Below, piece after piece: positions 31,596 through 41,950 of a stretch of DNA of 64,000 nucleotides. Origin of the DNA: an uncultured delta proteobacterium (GTDB lineage: Bacteria; Desulfobacterota; Desulfomonilia; Desulfomonilales; Desulfomonilaceae). Below the pieces are notes generated by a model. That model searched no databases. It saw only the letters and a program-made list of their open reading frames with translations, and was not told the origin of the DNA. The number at the start of each line of letters is the position of its first letter. The first letter of the stretch is position 1. Location of the stretch: the NCBI GenBank assembly GCA_963789265.1, contig CAWBKB010000001.1:1536001-1600000 (forward strand), read 5' to 3'. The translations under genes were made by a program, and so were the position numbers.

Positions 31596-31710
31596 GGGTC
31601 AAGTCTTGCTTTTTGTCTCATCGAGATCGCGGCGCAGATGTGGCTCCATTACTCGCTGGTGAACAGAACTGCCCAGCACGAAAGATAGAAGTCAAGAAAC
31701 AAGGTCCGAG
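31596..31710 (+). repeat. ~116-bp repeat, copy 3
   Basis: GGGTCAAGTCTTGCTTTTTGTCTCATCGAGATCGCGGCGCAGATGTGGCTCCAT.. Confidence 0.85.
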
Positions 31711-31891
31711 TCTTGGCCCTTCGTGACCGCTTCGCTTCCCCGGCGCTTAATTCTTCTTGACATTTGACCCGCTCTGTGGCTTAACGATATATGTTTCAGG
31801 TCTTATATTTCATTTCTCTCTTGACGCCGACTGACGATCAAACTTGCAGGCCGTAGATGGCGTGAAGGGTGGTGTACGTAGGGGGTTGGGT

Positions 31892-33169
31892 ATGGGATCA
31901 CGTTCCGTCGGGCGGATGCTGCTCGTCGTAATCATGGGATCGTTTCTCGCCTGCAATCTGTTTACGGTTGCGGCGTCGCAAGGTATTCAACAATTCCCAC
32001 AGAGCTTTGCCGGTGTGGCGCCGGGGGACGTTCCTGTAGGAGGGCTTAATCTTGTTCCCTCTAATCCGTTTGTGTTGCCCGGGACCGCTCAGGGGTCTTG
32101 GTGGGGCGCAATTTATAACAATTATTGGGACTTTTTAGGAAAGTTAGGGGTGACGAGCGCCCGCGTCGGCATCTTTTACGGATGGGGGAATATAAGAGTC
32201 GACGATTCCGTCGGCTTTGGTCAACACAAAGGCCCTCTCCAGTCGGATTTTGCCGCCTTCCACAACTATAGAAAGGCGGATCTGAAGGACGGCTATCTCT
32301 CGGGAGTCTTCGGCATAGGCATGCCGAACATGGAATTCCTCACATTCGGTATGGAAACAAATTTTCGCTCTCTTACAAGCTTTAAACAATACACTGAGGC
32401 GGGGAACTTCCCTGTTGCCGGCTTACCTCCGGCCAGATGGTATCGGGGCGCTCTAGGTGTTTTGGTTTTAGGGAACGAGGAGTCCGGACTAATAACTCTT
32501 GATAACAGAAACAAGTATTGGGCATTTGACTTATGTGGCAGGGTACCGATTTTTCCGGCATGGGACTTGCTTTTGGGTTACAAGTGGAGCTGGATTAAAA
32601 GCAATATAGATCCATTAAGCGCTACTGTTGCTCCTGGTGGTGGTGGTGGTGGGTTTGCTACATATCCTGTCTTGCCTGGACAGGCGGGTTGGAGACCTGC
32701 GTGGAGGGAGACAGCCCCAACCGCTACCGCGTTTGAAATGTTTCAGCAGATTACTTGGCACGGCCCGTTTATTGGCGTCCGCATGTCAAATGATGTCGGC
32801 TACGGCTTTGACTGGTTTTTGGACACCCGCCTCTATCCGTGGCTGTTCGGAGAGTATACGTTTACATGGAGCGGCGCTTTCCTTGACCCGACGCCGAGTA
32901 TTCACGGTGCGCAATCAACCGTATTTACGGGCGATCGCAGGTTTGCAATTGACGTGGACTTCCGTTGTCGGACTTTATGGAGGAATTTGATCACATTTCA
33001 GTTGGAAACTCGCTATTCGTATGCTTCGATGTCGGGTTCGTGTGTCGAATATCAGACAGAGGGCGATATTTATTTTCCCAACGGTAACTACGCTCAGGAT
33101 ACCCCTGAAACCCTCAGCATACGCCAACAATTCTGGACGGTTGGCGGAAGTCTTGAATTAGCCTTCTGA
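31892..33169 (+). CDS. Secreted, putative outer-membrane beta-barrel protein
   Basis: Signal peptide, C-terminal VGGSLELAF. Confidence 0.65.
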   Translation: MGSRSVGRMLLVVIMGSFLACNLFTVAASQGIQQFPQSFAGVAPGDVPVGGLNLVPSNPFVLPGTAQGSWWGAIYNNYWDFLGKLGVTSARVGIFYGWGNIRVDDSVGFGQHKGPLQSDFAAFHNYRKADLKDGYLSGVFGIGMPNMEFLTFGMETNFRSLTSFKQYTEAGNFPVAGLPPARWYRGALGVLVLGNEESGLITLDNRNKYWAFDLCGRVPIFPAWDLLLGYKWSWIKSNIDPLSATVAPGGGGGGFATYPVLPGQAGWRPAWRETAPTATAFEMFQQITWHGPFIGVRMSNDVGYGFDWFLDTRLYPWLFGEYTFTWSGAFLDPTPSIHGAQSTVFTGDRRFAIDVDFRCRTLWRNLITFQLETRYSYASMSGSCVEYQTEGDIYFPNGNYAQDTPETLSIRQQFWTVGGSLELAF

Positions 33170-33222
33170 CGACGGTCTTGAACCGGGCCTGAGGGCGAAG
33201 TTGCTGGAAATTGATGTGCCTG

Positions 33223-33430
33223 GGGTTAAGTCTTGCTTTTTGCCTCATCGATATCGCGGCGCAGATGTGGCTCCATAGTTCGCTGGTGAGCAGAACTGCC
33301 CAGGTCGAAAGGCAGTACTCAAGAAACAAGACCTGACACAACAACCTGCACGCTAGGCGCGAGACCGGCAATGACAGGCTTTCGCCGCGCGTAACTGAGG
33401 GATTGCATGGATCCCGGAATTTTGCTTGAC
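33223..33430 (+). repeat. ~116-bp repeat copy 4 plus extension
   Basis: Matches copies 1 and 3; extension matches 29941-30034. Confidence 0.85.
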
Positions 33431-33433
33431 GAG

Positions 33434-34954
33434 CCTTGATTGCGCATCAAAAAAAGTAAAAAACCTCGTTGTTCTTGAGGAATCAAGAGGATAGAATCCG
33501 GTTTGCTTTAAGGATCTATCACCAACGAGGTGGATGCATTATGGCGCAAAGGGCAGAAGAGGTCGGTGCCTCCCCCTTCTTCGGCAAACGGCTATTTGAA
33601 TCATTTCCATGACCCTGAGCAGGAGAAGCTTCGAAGGCCGGAGAAGGCATTTATTCCAGCTCCCAATGATTATCTGAGGGCCTTGATAGAGGTAAGGGGA
33701 GATTTCATAGCCTCTGTTCAAAGGCGTTCTCCTCAAAAGGTAGCGACTCTGGATCTCGATGCGACGGTAGTGGAGACGAACAAGCGAGAAGCGCTCGACT
33801 GTTACAAGGAATACAAAGCGTATCAGCCGTTGCAGGTGTACTGGGCGGAACAGGGCCTCATTGTGCACTCGGAGTTCCGAGACGGCAACGTCTGGGCCGG
33901 TAAGGACAATCTTCGCGTCTGAGAAGAGGCATTGTCCTTCCTGCCTGCGGCTGTATCTAAGGTATATCTGCGCTCGGATACGGCAGGATATCAGCATGAT
34001 CTGATGAAGTTCTGTGCGGACCCGAACAAGGGCCGCTTCGGACTCATCGATTTCGTCAGTGGCGCCAAGGTATCCGAATCGTTCAAGCGAGCAGTGTCAG
34101 AGGTGGAGGAATCAGAATGGCGCCGCTTGTATCGCAAGACTGATAAAGGCTTGATTGCTACGGGTCAGGAGTACGCGGAGGTCTGTTTCGTTCCTGAGGA
34201 GCTCGCACGCAAGAAAGACGGTCCTGAGTTTCGGTACCTGGCAATTCGCGAGGTTTTGGAGCAGCCTGCCCAGTCGGAGATGGATCAACAGATTACTCTG
34301 CCGTTTCCGACCATGAATTTCGGTTCGGTAAAGTACAAGGTGTTTGGAATTGTCACGAAACGTGACATCCCTGGAGATGATCTGATTTGGTGGTACAGGG
34401 AGCGCTGCGGGAAATCTGAAGAGGCGCATTCGGTTATGAAGGAAGATCTTGCGGGAGGGAGACTTCCTTCAGGAGATTTCGGGGTAAACGCAGCATGGTG
34501 GCACATGATAATTCTGGCTTTGAACCTGAACTCCTCGATGAAACGTTTGGTTCTGGGGGGAGCATGGGTGGGCAAACGCATGAAGGCCATCAGGTTCTGG
34601 TTGATCAAGCTGCGGGGTCGTGTGCTCAAACGAGCTCGGATGCTGCGTGTTCGACTCGTTGGGGGGCATGCGTCGAACGAGACACTTCTGGAGATGAGAA
34701 GGAGGATTCTGGGCCTTTGCGAATCGGGTTAGACAGCACCGCAGACGGGGGGAAATGAAGCGCAGAGAGGGAAACAGACTGACCGGGGGAGTAGTGTGCC
34801 TGAAATCCGGCCGAACAGGCGGAATTCGGTATACGAATCAGGCTGACGTGCTACGAAGTCCAGTCCGCATGGGCAAGGGACAACATCAAGGGGGCATTCA
34901 CGGTCCGAGAAGACGTCCAAATTACCTGCCAGCAAAATGGGTGGTGGATTATGG
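33434..34954 (+). mobile_element. IS1380-family element, degenerate (ends approximate)
   Basis: Transposase relic inside; starts just after the TTGAC of repeat copy 4. Confidence 0.6.
33530..34732 (+). pseudogene. IS1380-family DDE transposase pseudogene (N-terminal loss, in-frame TGA 33920-33922)
   Basis: TLDLDAT, EFRDGN, LRSDTAGY, YRERCG.SE..K, F.VNAAW motifs in one frame across the stop. Confidence 0.85.
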
Positions 34955-35343
34955 ATTATGATGCCGAATGGGACGACTTGGAAGTGCGGGATATGGTAGA
35001 ATTCCACTCAAAATCGTAAAGAGAAGCTTCCAATGAACGAAGAAGAATTAACCAGACTGGAACACGCCGAAAAAGCGCAATTTGCACGGATTTCGGTTTC
35101 ATCGCGTCTTGCCCGACGGACAGACGGTTGCAACCTGCCTTCTCAGGAGGGACTCCCGGATGCCGTATGGGAGAACCCACTGCACTTGGCGCAACGCCCA
35201 ACGGAAAGATTTCGATCGCCAATTTGGTGGCTAACGTCAAGGTATTTGCCAGGATGATGGACCGATCTCGGGCCGTCATTTGCTATTGTATTGCCCTGGT
35301 AGATTGCCGGGGGTGATGTTTTCGCTTTAAAGGATGCGGGGGT

Positions 35344-36765
35344 ATGCATTTACATAAGCCCTCGGTTGGTTCGTTCATTGTTTTGGTACTGTCAATATTC
35401 CTGGTTACGGCGCCTCCGCTGGCGAAGTGGACCGAGGCCGCAGAGGTGAGCCGCGCCTCCCGAACCGGTGACAGGCAGTTGTCATTGTCACAGGTTATTT
35501 CAATAGCTTTGGCGAGAAACCTGCGAATGGCCGACGCCCGTCTCGAGGTTCGGGAAAGGGAGTATCAGAGTCGCGAGGCTTTCTCAGACTTCCTTCCTTC
35601 CATTAATTTTCAATACTCCGCCACAGCGGACAGGTATAGGAACTCGGGATTCATAGGGGAGTTGACGGGGCAACATGACAGTCGGTGGAGGGAAAGAGGG
35701 CATCCGTTTTCCGGAGGGGGGCGACCATACTATCCTTACAGAATAGACCCATATCGAAACTTTACGCTCACCGCGACTATGACCCAGCCTGTGTTTACCG
35801 GCGGAAAATTGTTGAATGATTACAAATACGCTCAGTTAAATGTTGATTTTCAGGCGATTCAGTACGACGTCGACCGCCAGGACCTGATTCTTGACGTCAC
35901 TGAGGCATATTACCAGCTAATACAGGGAGAAAAAGAACTTGAGGTCGCGGAATCGGCAATTCGTGCCCTGGAAGCCTTGAGAAAGCAGACTATCGAATTC
36001 TTCCATGCCGGCGACGTGGCCAAAGTGGACGTCCTCTCCACAGAGGGGCAGTTGGCGCAAGCCCGCGTCCAGAAAAGTCAGGCTCTGGCTGACATTGAAC
36101 AAGCCGAGGCTACCCTCTGTTTCCTCCTCCGCTATCCTCAGGAGGCCCCAATCAAAGTCGTCCAAGATATAGCCTATCGTCCGAACCGATACCGTATCCC
36201 CGAGATTTATGCCGCGGCAGCGGCAAACAGGCTCGAAATACGCCAGGCGAACATCTCCGTGGATCAGGCCCTCGCTCTGATAAAGTCCGCCAAAGCCGAC
36301 CTACTGCCTTCGATCTCAGTCCAGATACAGGCAACCCGGATTAATGACGACTGGAACCCTTTCGATCCGGAGGGAGTAAATGACTGGCAAGTGCAAGGAC
36401 TGCTCACCTGGGCTTTTGACATGTTCCGTTCGCGGGAAACAGTCAAGGAACGGAGGGCAACTGAGGCCCGAGCCTTCGTTGCCAGAGAGCAACTTGTCGA
36501 ACAAGTGATGGAAGAGGTCAAGTCAGCGTACGTGGACATGAAGCATTCGGAAAGCGACATCGAAAACAACAAAGCAGCCGTCGCGTACAGGCGGGAGAAT
36601 TTTCGTATCACCCTCCAAAAGTATCAGGTGCAGAATGCCACGTATATCGAAGTATTGGACGCCCAGAGACAGTTGTCCTTATCTCAGGGGAGTTACTATA
36701 CATCCCTTATCGGCTACATAATCAATAAAGCTATACTAGAGAGGCGGATGGGAATTCTGAAATAG
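35344..36765 (+). CDS. TolC-family outer membrane efflux protein
   Basis: Signal peptide; two OEP repeats (LSLSQVISIAL, TQPVFTGG, EVLDAQ). Confidence 0.88.
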   Translation: MHLHKPSVGSFIVLVLSIFLVTAPPLAKWTEAAEVSRASRTGDRQLSLSQVISIALARNLRMADARLEVREREYQSREAFSDFLPSINFQYSATADRYRNSGFIGELTGQHDSRWRERGHPFSGGGRPYYPYRIDPYRNFTLTATMTQPVFTGGKLLNDYKYAQLNVDFQAIQYDVDRQDLILDVTEAYYQLIQGEKELEVAESAIRALEALRKQTIEFFHAGDVAKVDVLSTEGQLAQARVQKSQALADIEQAEATLCFLLRYPQEAPIKVVQDIAYRPNRYRIPEIYAAAAANRLEIRQANISVDQALALIKSAKADLLPSISVQIQATRINDDWNPFDPEGVNDWQVQGLLTWAFDMFRSRETVKERRATEARAFVAREQLVEQVMEEVKSAYVDMKHSESDIENNKAAVAYRRENFRITLQKYQVQNATYIEVLDAQRQLSLSQGSYYTSLIGYIINKAILERRMGILK

Positions 36766-36859
36766 TGTTGAAACAATTCCAGTAAATATCCACGGGCAGA
36801 GCACGTGGATATTTACTTCGGTGATCCCGGCCCTGCTTGACAGCCTACTAGGCGACGTC

Positions 36860-37087
36860 CTACATCTTGTTGGCGAAGTCACGGCCCGAAGTCGGCGGTG
36901 GAAGCGGCTTCCCGTCGGCCCGGCACAGGGCGACGGCTTCCTCGACGATCTCGCACAGTTCCGAAAATACCTCTTTCTCGTCAAGACCGTGACAGCCCCC
37001 AAAGATCAAACCAGGTGCGCTTCCCACATAACACTGATCCTCCTCGGACCATTCCACGATCTTGGCATATCTCGCGCTCTCTTTCAT
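36860..37087 (-). CDS. hicB: HicB-family antitoxin
   Basis: Y..IVEWSEEDQCYVG.APGL..GCHG..GKPLP. Confidence 0.8.
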   Translation of the reverse strand: MKESARYAKIVEWSEEDQCYVGSAPGLIFGGCHGLDEKEVFSELCEIVEEAVALCRADGKPLPPPTSGRDFANKM

Positions 37088-37103
37088 AGTTGAGACTCCT
37101 CGA

Positions 37104-37316
37104 GACAAATTGTCTCAAAACTAATTTGATGCCCAGAATCGTGCCACGATTAAGCCTGATGGGCATTTTCGGTGCTCTCACCCCAGCCCTCTCCCAGAGG
37201 GAGAGGGAGCTGATCCAAGGTCTCTATCAGCGTCCCCTCGCCCTTTGGGAGAGGGTCAGGGTGAGGGAATTTCGTCTTACGATTGCGTCCAGTTCAAGAG
37301 TTTTGAGACTCCTCGA
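37104..37316. mobile_element. MITE family B (IS1182-like ends) between hicA and hicB
   Basis: TGTCTCAAAA..TTTTGAGAC ends; internal CTCACCCCAGCCCTCTCCCAGAGGGAGAGGG repeat; 14-bp duplication TTGAGACTCCTCGA. Confidence 0.75.
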
Positions 37317-37494
37317 TAGCCCGGCGCACCGCGCGGACCCGGTACTTTTTCGCTTCATCTCCCGGTCTTCCGGAGATTGTCACTGGCTTGGACACCTTCG
37401 GGTGCACGAAGTTTCGGTGACTTCCCTTTCCGCCACGATCTACGAAGCCGGCCTGAAGCAACTTGTCCGTCAACTCCCTCACCTTTGGTGGCAA
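37294..37494 (-). CDS. hicA: HicA-family mRNA interferase toxin
   Basis: L..AGF..GGKGSHRNFVHP. Confidence 0.88.
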   Translation of the reverse strand: MPPKVRELTDKLLQAGFVDRGGKGSHRNFVHPKVSKPVTISGRPGDEAKKYRVRAVRRAIEESQNS

Positions 37495-37565
37495 GGAGTC
37501 CTCCTCTATGTTTCAGCCGGCCGGCAGTGCAGGTCTGAACATATTGTCGTTCGTGGCTCTCTCAT

Positions 37566-38292
37566 TTATCCGCCAACTGCAATAAGCCGCAGAAGCTTTC
37601 GTAATTGCCGGAGATCGTTTTCCGATATCTTGCTTATGGCGAATCCAGTCAGGTAGGTTCCAATCTCGGCCTCGGCAAAACGCCACCGGCAGTACGCTTC
37701 GAATTCAAAGGAAGAAAATTCACCTAACTCGTCTCCAAGTACGACCAGAGTCTTGACTTCGCCTCGGTTGGCCTCGATCCCTGCAACGCCCACGCCTTCT
37801 TCAGAAATATCACGCACTGTACCATGAATTTCCGGCCGGCTTGCCTCGTAGATGAGCACCTCGAAATCGACTTCATGTCTCACAAATTCGCGGGTTGCAA
37901 GGAATTCCGTACGTTTCTTCGATGATTGTGTCCAGGCCATCCGTGACGACGGATCTCTTCCCGCGTGCGTCGAGCAGCTTCTTGCTCAATTGTCGAAGCA
38001 TGTCTTCCGACAATTCGTACTTTCTCATGAGGTCCGAGTCATTCATCCCCTTTCTGATGTCGGCCAGGACTTCGCCGATGTTGAGCTTACGTCGGACAGG
38101 CGTCTGATCCTGCTTCAGGAGACGGGCTTCGATCAACTTTTGATAAAGTCTCTGCAAGCCCTTGAAGGAAAGGTTGTATTTTTGTCGAATCGCGGTCTCG
38201 TCCATCCCCGATCGGATGTCATGAAGGACTTCCCTAAGAGGCACTTTGCGTACAATCATAACTTTTCCCGGACCAGCGGTTTGAGTGGTCAT
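37566..38292 (-). pseudogene. DIRSGM-repeat + PilZ-domain protein, +1 frameshift at 37914-37916
   Basis: Two DIR.GM..KY.LS repeats then REFVR..DISEEG PilZ motifs in the adjacent frame. Confidence 0.75.
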
Positions 38293-38379
38293 CCTACGCC
38301 ATAACCTGAGATCATGGAACTAAAAAATATTAGCTTGTAATCATTCGCTTCCGCCGGGTTCTCGGCGGGACAGGCATCC

Positions 38380-38588
38380 GAAAGAGTCACAAAACTATTT
38401 TGATGACCAGAATCGTGCCACGATTGAGGCTCATTCGTATAGTCGTCGCCCTCACCCCAACCCTCTCCCAGAGGGAGAGGGAGCAGGTCCAGGGCAGTTC
38501 TGCACTTCCCTCGCCCTCTGGGAGAGGGACACATGGTGAGGGATTCGTGGTACGATTTCGTCCGCTTCATTGCTTTTGAGACAGTTTC
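38380..38588. mobile_element. MITE family B in a REP hairpin
   Basis: GAAAGAGTCACAAAA/TTTTGAGACAGTTTC ends; 4-bp direct repeat ATCC. Confidence 0.8.
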
Positions 38589-38766
38589 ATCCTGCCGGTC
38601 AATGCTTAGTGGCGGGCAGGATGCCCACCCCACTGAAGGAGGCTTCGCTTCGCTCGCAAAGACACAGGCCGAGACAGGATGTTGTGAACACAAACTTGCA
38701 CCAACAGCTCAAAACAAATGGGCTTTACCCGTGTTCAGCCGCGTGCGGTTGAGCCGCGACAGCCTG

Positions 38767-41458
38767 TTAGGCCTCTTGCCCTCCGGCCGAATAGGCCAGA
38801 GCCAGCAGAATGGAGTTGAACTTGGTCTGGGCCGTGTCACCGCGGGACGTCAGAACTATGGGGACTGTACCGGGACCGGCTGTGATGATGGCGCCGTTGT
38901 CGACAAGAAGGCCCAGGGTTCCCATGGTTTTCGAGAGCATCTTGTAGAGGACATTTGCAGTATTAATGTCGGTAGCGACCAAGCAGTTTGCGTCCCCCAT
39001 GATTCGCCCCTGATAATGCTTTTCCTTGGCCACTTCAGGGACTGTGGCCAGATCAAAAGATAACGGGCCTTCAACGATCAGGGGGCCGTACCGGTCTTCC
39101 AGTGCTTTGGCTCGCTCTTCAGCCTCAGCGGCAAGAAGAGTGGCGGGAATTGCCGCAGTCTCCTTTTCAACTGCGGTTATCAAGGCCACTTTGAGGATAT
39201 GCCGTTTAGCCACGACTTTTCTGACCACGTCCAACTGGTTCTCTATCACCTTTGTCAGCGCTTCCGCATTTCGGAATCCGGGATTCACCGCGGCGTCGGA
39301 CAGAGCGAGGAAGCGGCCGTCGGGGAGAACAAACAGTGCGGTGTTCGATGCCAGCCGCCGGGGAGCCGGAGCGGCCCCAGCGCCGCCATTTGAATCGGTC
39401 CTGTAGATGGACAGCGCTTCACGCAGAAGCCCGGCCGTATCCACGCTCCCCTTCATCACAAGAAAATCGCGGTTTTCTTTGAGAAAGGCGCTGAATGTCT
39501 CGGCCATGGATTTCTTCTTTGCGTCGAAATCAACAGCCAAGGGGTCAATCGGGACCAACTCCACTCCGGGATCCAGATTGGGAGACAACCGGACTTTAGA
39601 CCGCTCGACGGCATCCTCTATTTCCGGAGGGTTCCCGATAAGCGCTACCCTGTCGACCAAGCCGTAATCCCTCGCGTTGGAAACCGCGACCAGTGCATCT
39701 TCATTGTCGGCTCCAACCAGGACCAAGTCGGCCGGACGGAACCTTCCCTCAGTGATATAACCTGTGACCTCATCAAGGAGCGAAGAGAACGAGAAGGTTT
39801 CAACAGCGCCTTCTGCCGCACCCAACACCTGTAGGGCATGTTGAACGCTCTTTGCTTCAACCGTGTATTGCAGGCGTCGATCTCCCTTGGCCGGATTTAC
39901 GTACATTTCAAAAAGATGATTCGCTATGAGATACTCCTGTTCCAGGGAATCCAGGCACATTATTGGAGTAAACGGCTTATCCAGCATCTCACGAATGCGC
40001 CCGAAGAGTTGATGGAAGTGACGATCAAGGGCCATCATGCTGGTAATTACAATGAAGTCCGGACGCTGAGAGGATTTGCCCGCAGAAGCCATCTCCAACA
40101 CCACAGCTACCTGCCGCGCGTATGAGTTGACCACGTGCATCAGGCTTCGTGCCAAGGAGGTGGATATCTTCCCGGACTCGACGATCATTAGTAATTCGCA
40201 GATCTCTTTGACTCCCGTTCCTATTCCGGGAGTGGCCAGCCGAAAGTGAGGAGGTATCGTAAAGTTTCTCTTGCTTCAGGCATTCTACGATCTTGTCGAA
40301 GTCGAATTCCGTCAATTCTCGGTTGGCCTCCTGGGCGGTGATTTCGCGAACTATGCGGGGGCCGATCTTTCTTGCCACTGAAGCAAAGAGTTCGTCCAGG
40401 GTCAGTACAAGAAGATTCAATGTCTCCGGATTGATCCTGTGAATCTCTGAAAGGAGCGCCGCGACCGATTTCAAAGGCGTTACCTTTACGAACCCCTTGA
40501 GGCTTTGTCTCAGTTCTCTCGATTCAGCCCTGAAAAGATTCCGGACATCTTGCGACCTTAACGTGGAAAAAGATAGCGGACTGCACAGCGATGCGTTGAC
40601 AACATCCCTGTCACCTTGACGCTTCAGCAAATCACGCAACTCCCACGCCACAAGCGCTCCGCGATTCAGAGAGCTGTTGTGCAATCTCTTCCACGATTCG
40701 TCGCGAACCTTTTCTGTTAGCACATAGATGCCGTCCGGAACGGTCCCCAGGTCGCCTCCGCCGCATACCACGTCCGTCACTTCCGAGAGCTTGATTTCGC
40801 TCTTCAGAAGGAGATTGGTGATCTGGAGGGCCAATTCTTCAGGAGAAGTACCGAACGTTCGGAAGTCGATCTCACTTCGAAAGAGCACCCGAAACCCTTG
40901 TACAGCCAGCACGTATACCGCATACCGTTTGGCAATGAGTGCCACGGTAATGGTCCGTTCCAGTTGTTTGAATGAGCGTTCGAGCTGCGGATGGTCGATT
41001 TCAATTGCTTTTCGACGGGCTATGTTACTGAGAATCATGTGAACGACGGGACTTTCTCGACCCGGGCTGCCGCAACGGTACAGGATCAACACATACACTG
41101 AGAGAAGTTCCCCATAAATTTTCGCAAACTGCCTCTCATGCCTGACATCGTCGGTAGCGGACAGAATGCCCTCCAACAGGACCCTGAGTTCGAAAAAGTC
41201 CTCCGGGTTCCTTATACGGTGTTCGAGTGCGAGGATTTCCGCGATTACTCGCTCGTGAAGGAATTCCGATATATTTTCCAATTCTTGTGCCGCATTCTTT
41301 GCGTCACTAAGTGCTGCTTGGATTCGGTGAACTCTCGGCGGCGCTTCAGAAGAGTCACCTCGCAAATCACAAAACAAGGCCGGCGGAAAGTAACCTGATT
41401 CTGCTATGGCCCGTTGCAGCTCTTTGATGCTCTTGCTTATTCCCTTATCTTCTCTCAT
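38767..41458 (-). CDS. Butyrate-kinase-like + phosphate acyl(butyryl)transferase fusion, split by a +1 frameshift at ~40265-40267
   Basis: VVCGGGDLG.VPDGIY..SSLNRGA (kinase-like); MKGSVDT, LSDAAVN, VEGPLSFDLA, PIVLTSRGD (Ptb); frames join as QENFTIPPHFRL. Confidence 0.7.
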
Positions 41459-41508
41459 TGTATTCTACCGATCTTCCGTAAGTTCCGGCTTCAATCTCTA
41501 TAACATTA

Positions 41509-41692
41509 TATAGCAGTTGCCAAAAAATAATGACCGATTGCACGACGGTCCAGGGGAGGGCACATTAGTGGGGCGGACTTTCTGGTCCGCCGAATTTGTG
41601 AGCGAAAGCGCAGACTGGAAAGACTGCGCCACAAATGGAGACACCCCCAAACTGCTGTAGTGAAACGGTCAAAAATATTGGCAACTGCTATA
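41509..41692. mobile_element. MITE family C (TA-flanked, IS630-like) containing a REP pair
   Basis: Perfect IR TATAGCAGTTGCCAA/TTGGCAACTGCTATA. Confidence 0.75.
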
Positions 41693-41772
41693 AACGAGCA
41701 GACAATGGATCTAGTTCGTCTGAAAATACAGACCACGGTACCCGTCACCTATACGAGGAACCTTTCGGCCCT

Positions 41773-41905
41773 TGTCATTGCGAGGAGCAAATAGTGGGAC
41801 AGGCATCCTGCCTGTCTATTATGGACGACGGGCAGGATGCCCGTCCCACTGGCAATCTAAGCGGGTTCATAAAAAAAAGATTGCTTCGCTTCGCTCGTAA
41901 TGACA
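41773..41905. repeat. TGTCATTGCGAG..CTCGTAATGACA repeat with nested GTGGGAC..GTCCCAC REP pair
   Basis: Inverted ends and inner hairpins visible. Confidence 0.7.
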
Positions 41906-41950
41906 ACCTTTTCAGCGCTCGTACGCAAATTCTTTCAAGAGGGGTTTGTG

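Noticed and set aside
32636..32653. (GGT)n tract as a phase-variation switch
   Set aside because: A triplet repeat only changes poly-Gly length, not the frame
28024..33430. CRISPR array or classical integron
   Set aside because: Repeats are ~116 bp separated by whole genes; no cas genes, no intI, no clear RYYYAAC/GTTRRRY ends
33920..33922. TGA in the IS1380 transposase as selenocysteine
   Set aside because: Context is a non-Cys helical position in an already truncated transposase; simple nonsense change
37090..37656. 188-aa ORF and similar ORFs over repeats (38533-39063, 46421-46866) and antisense ORFs
   Set aside because: Shadows of MITE/REP sequence or of real genes on the opposite strand
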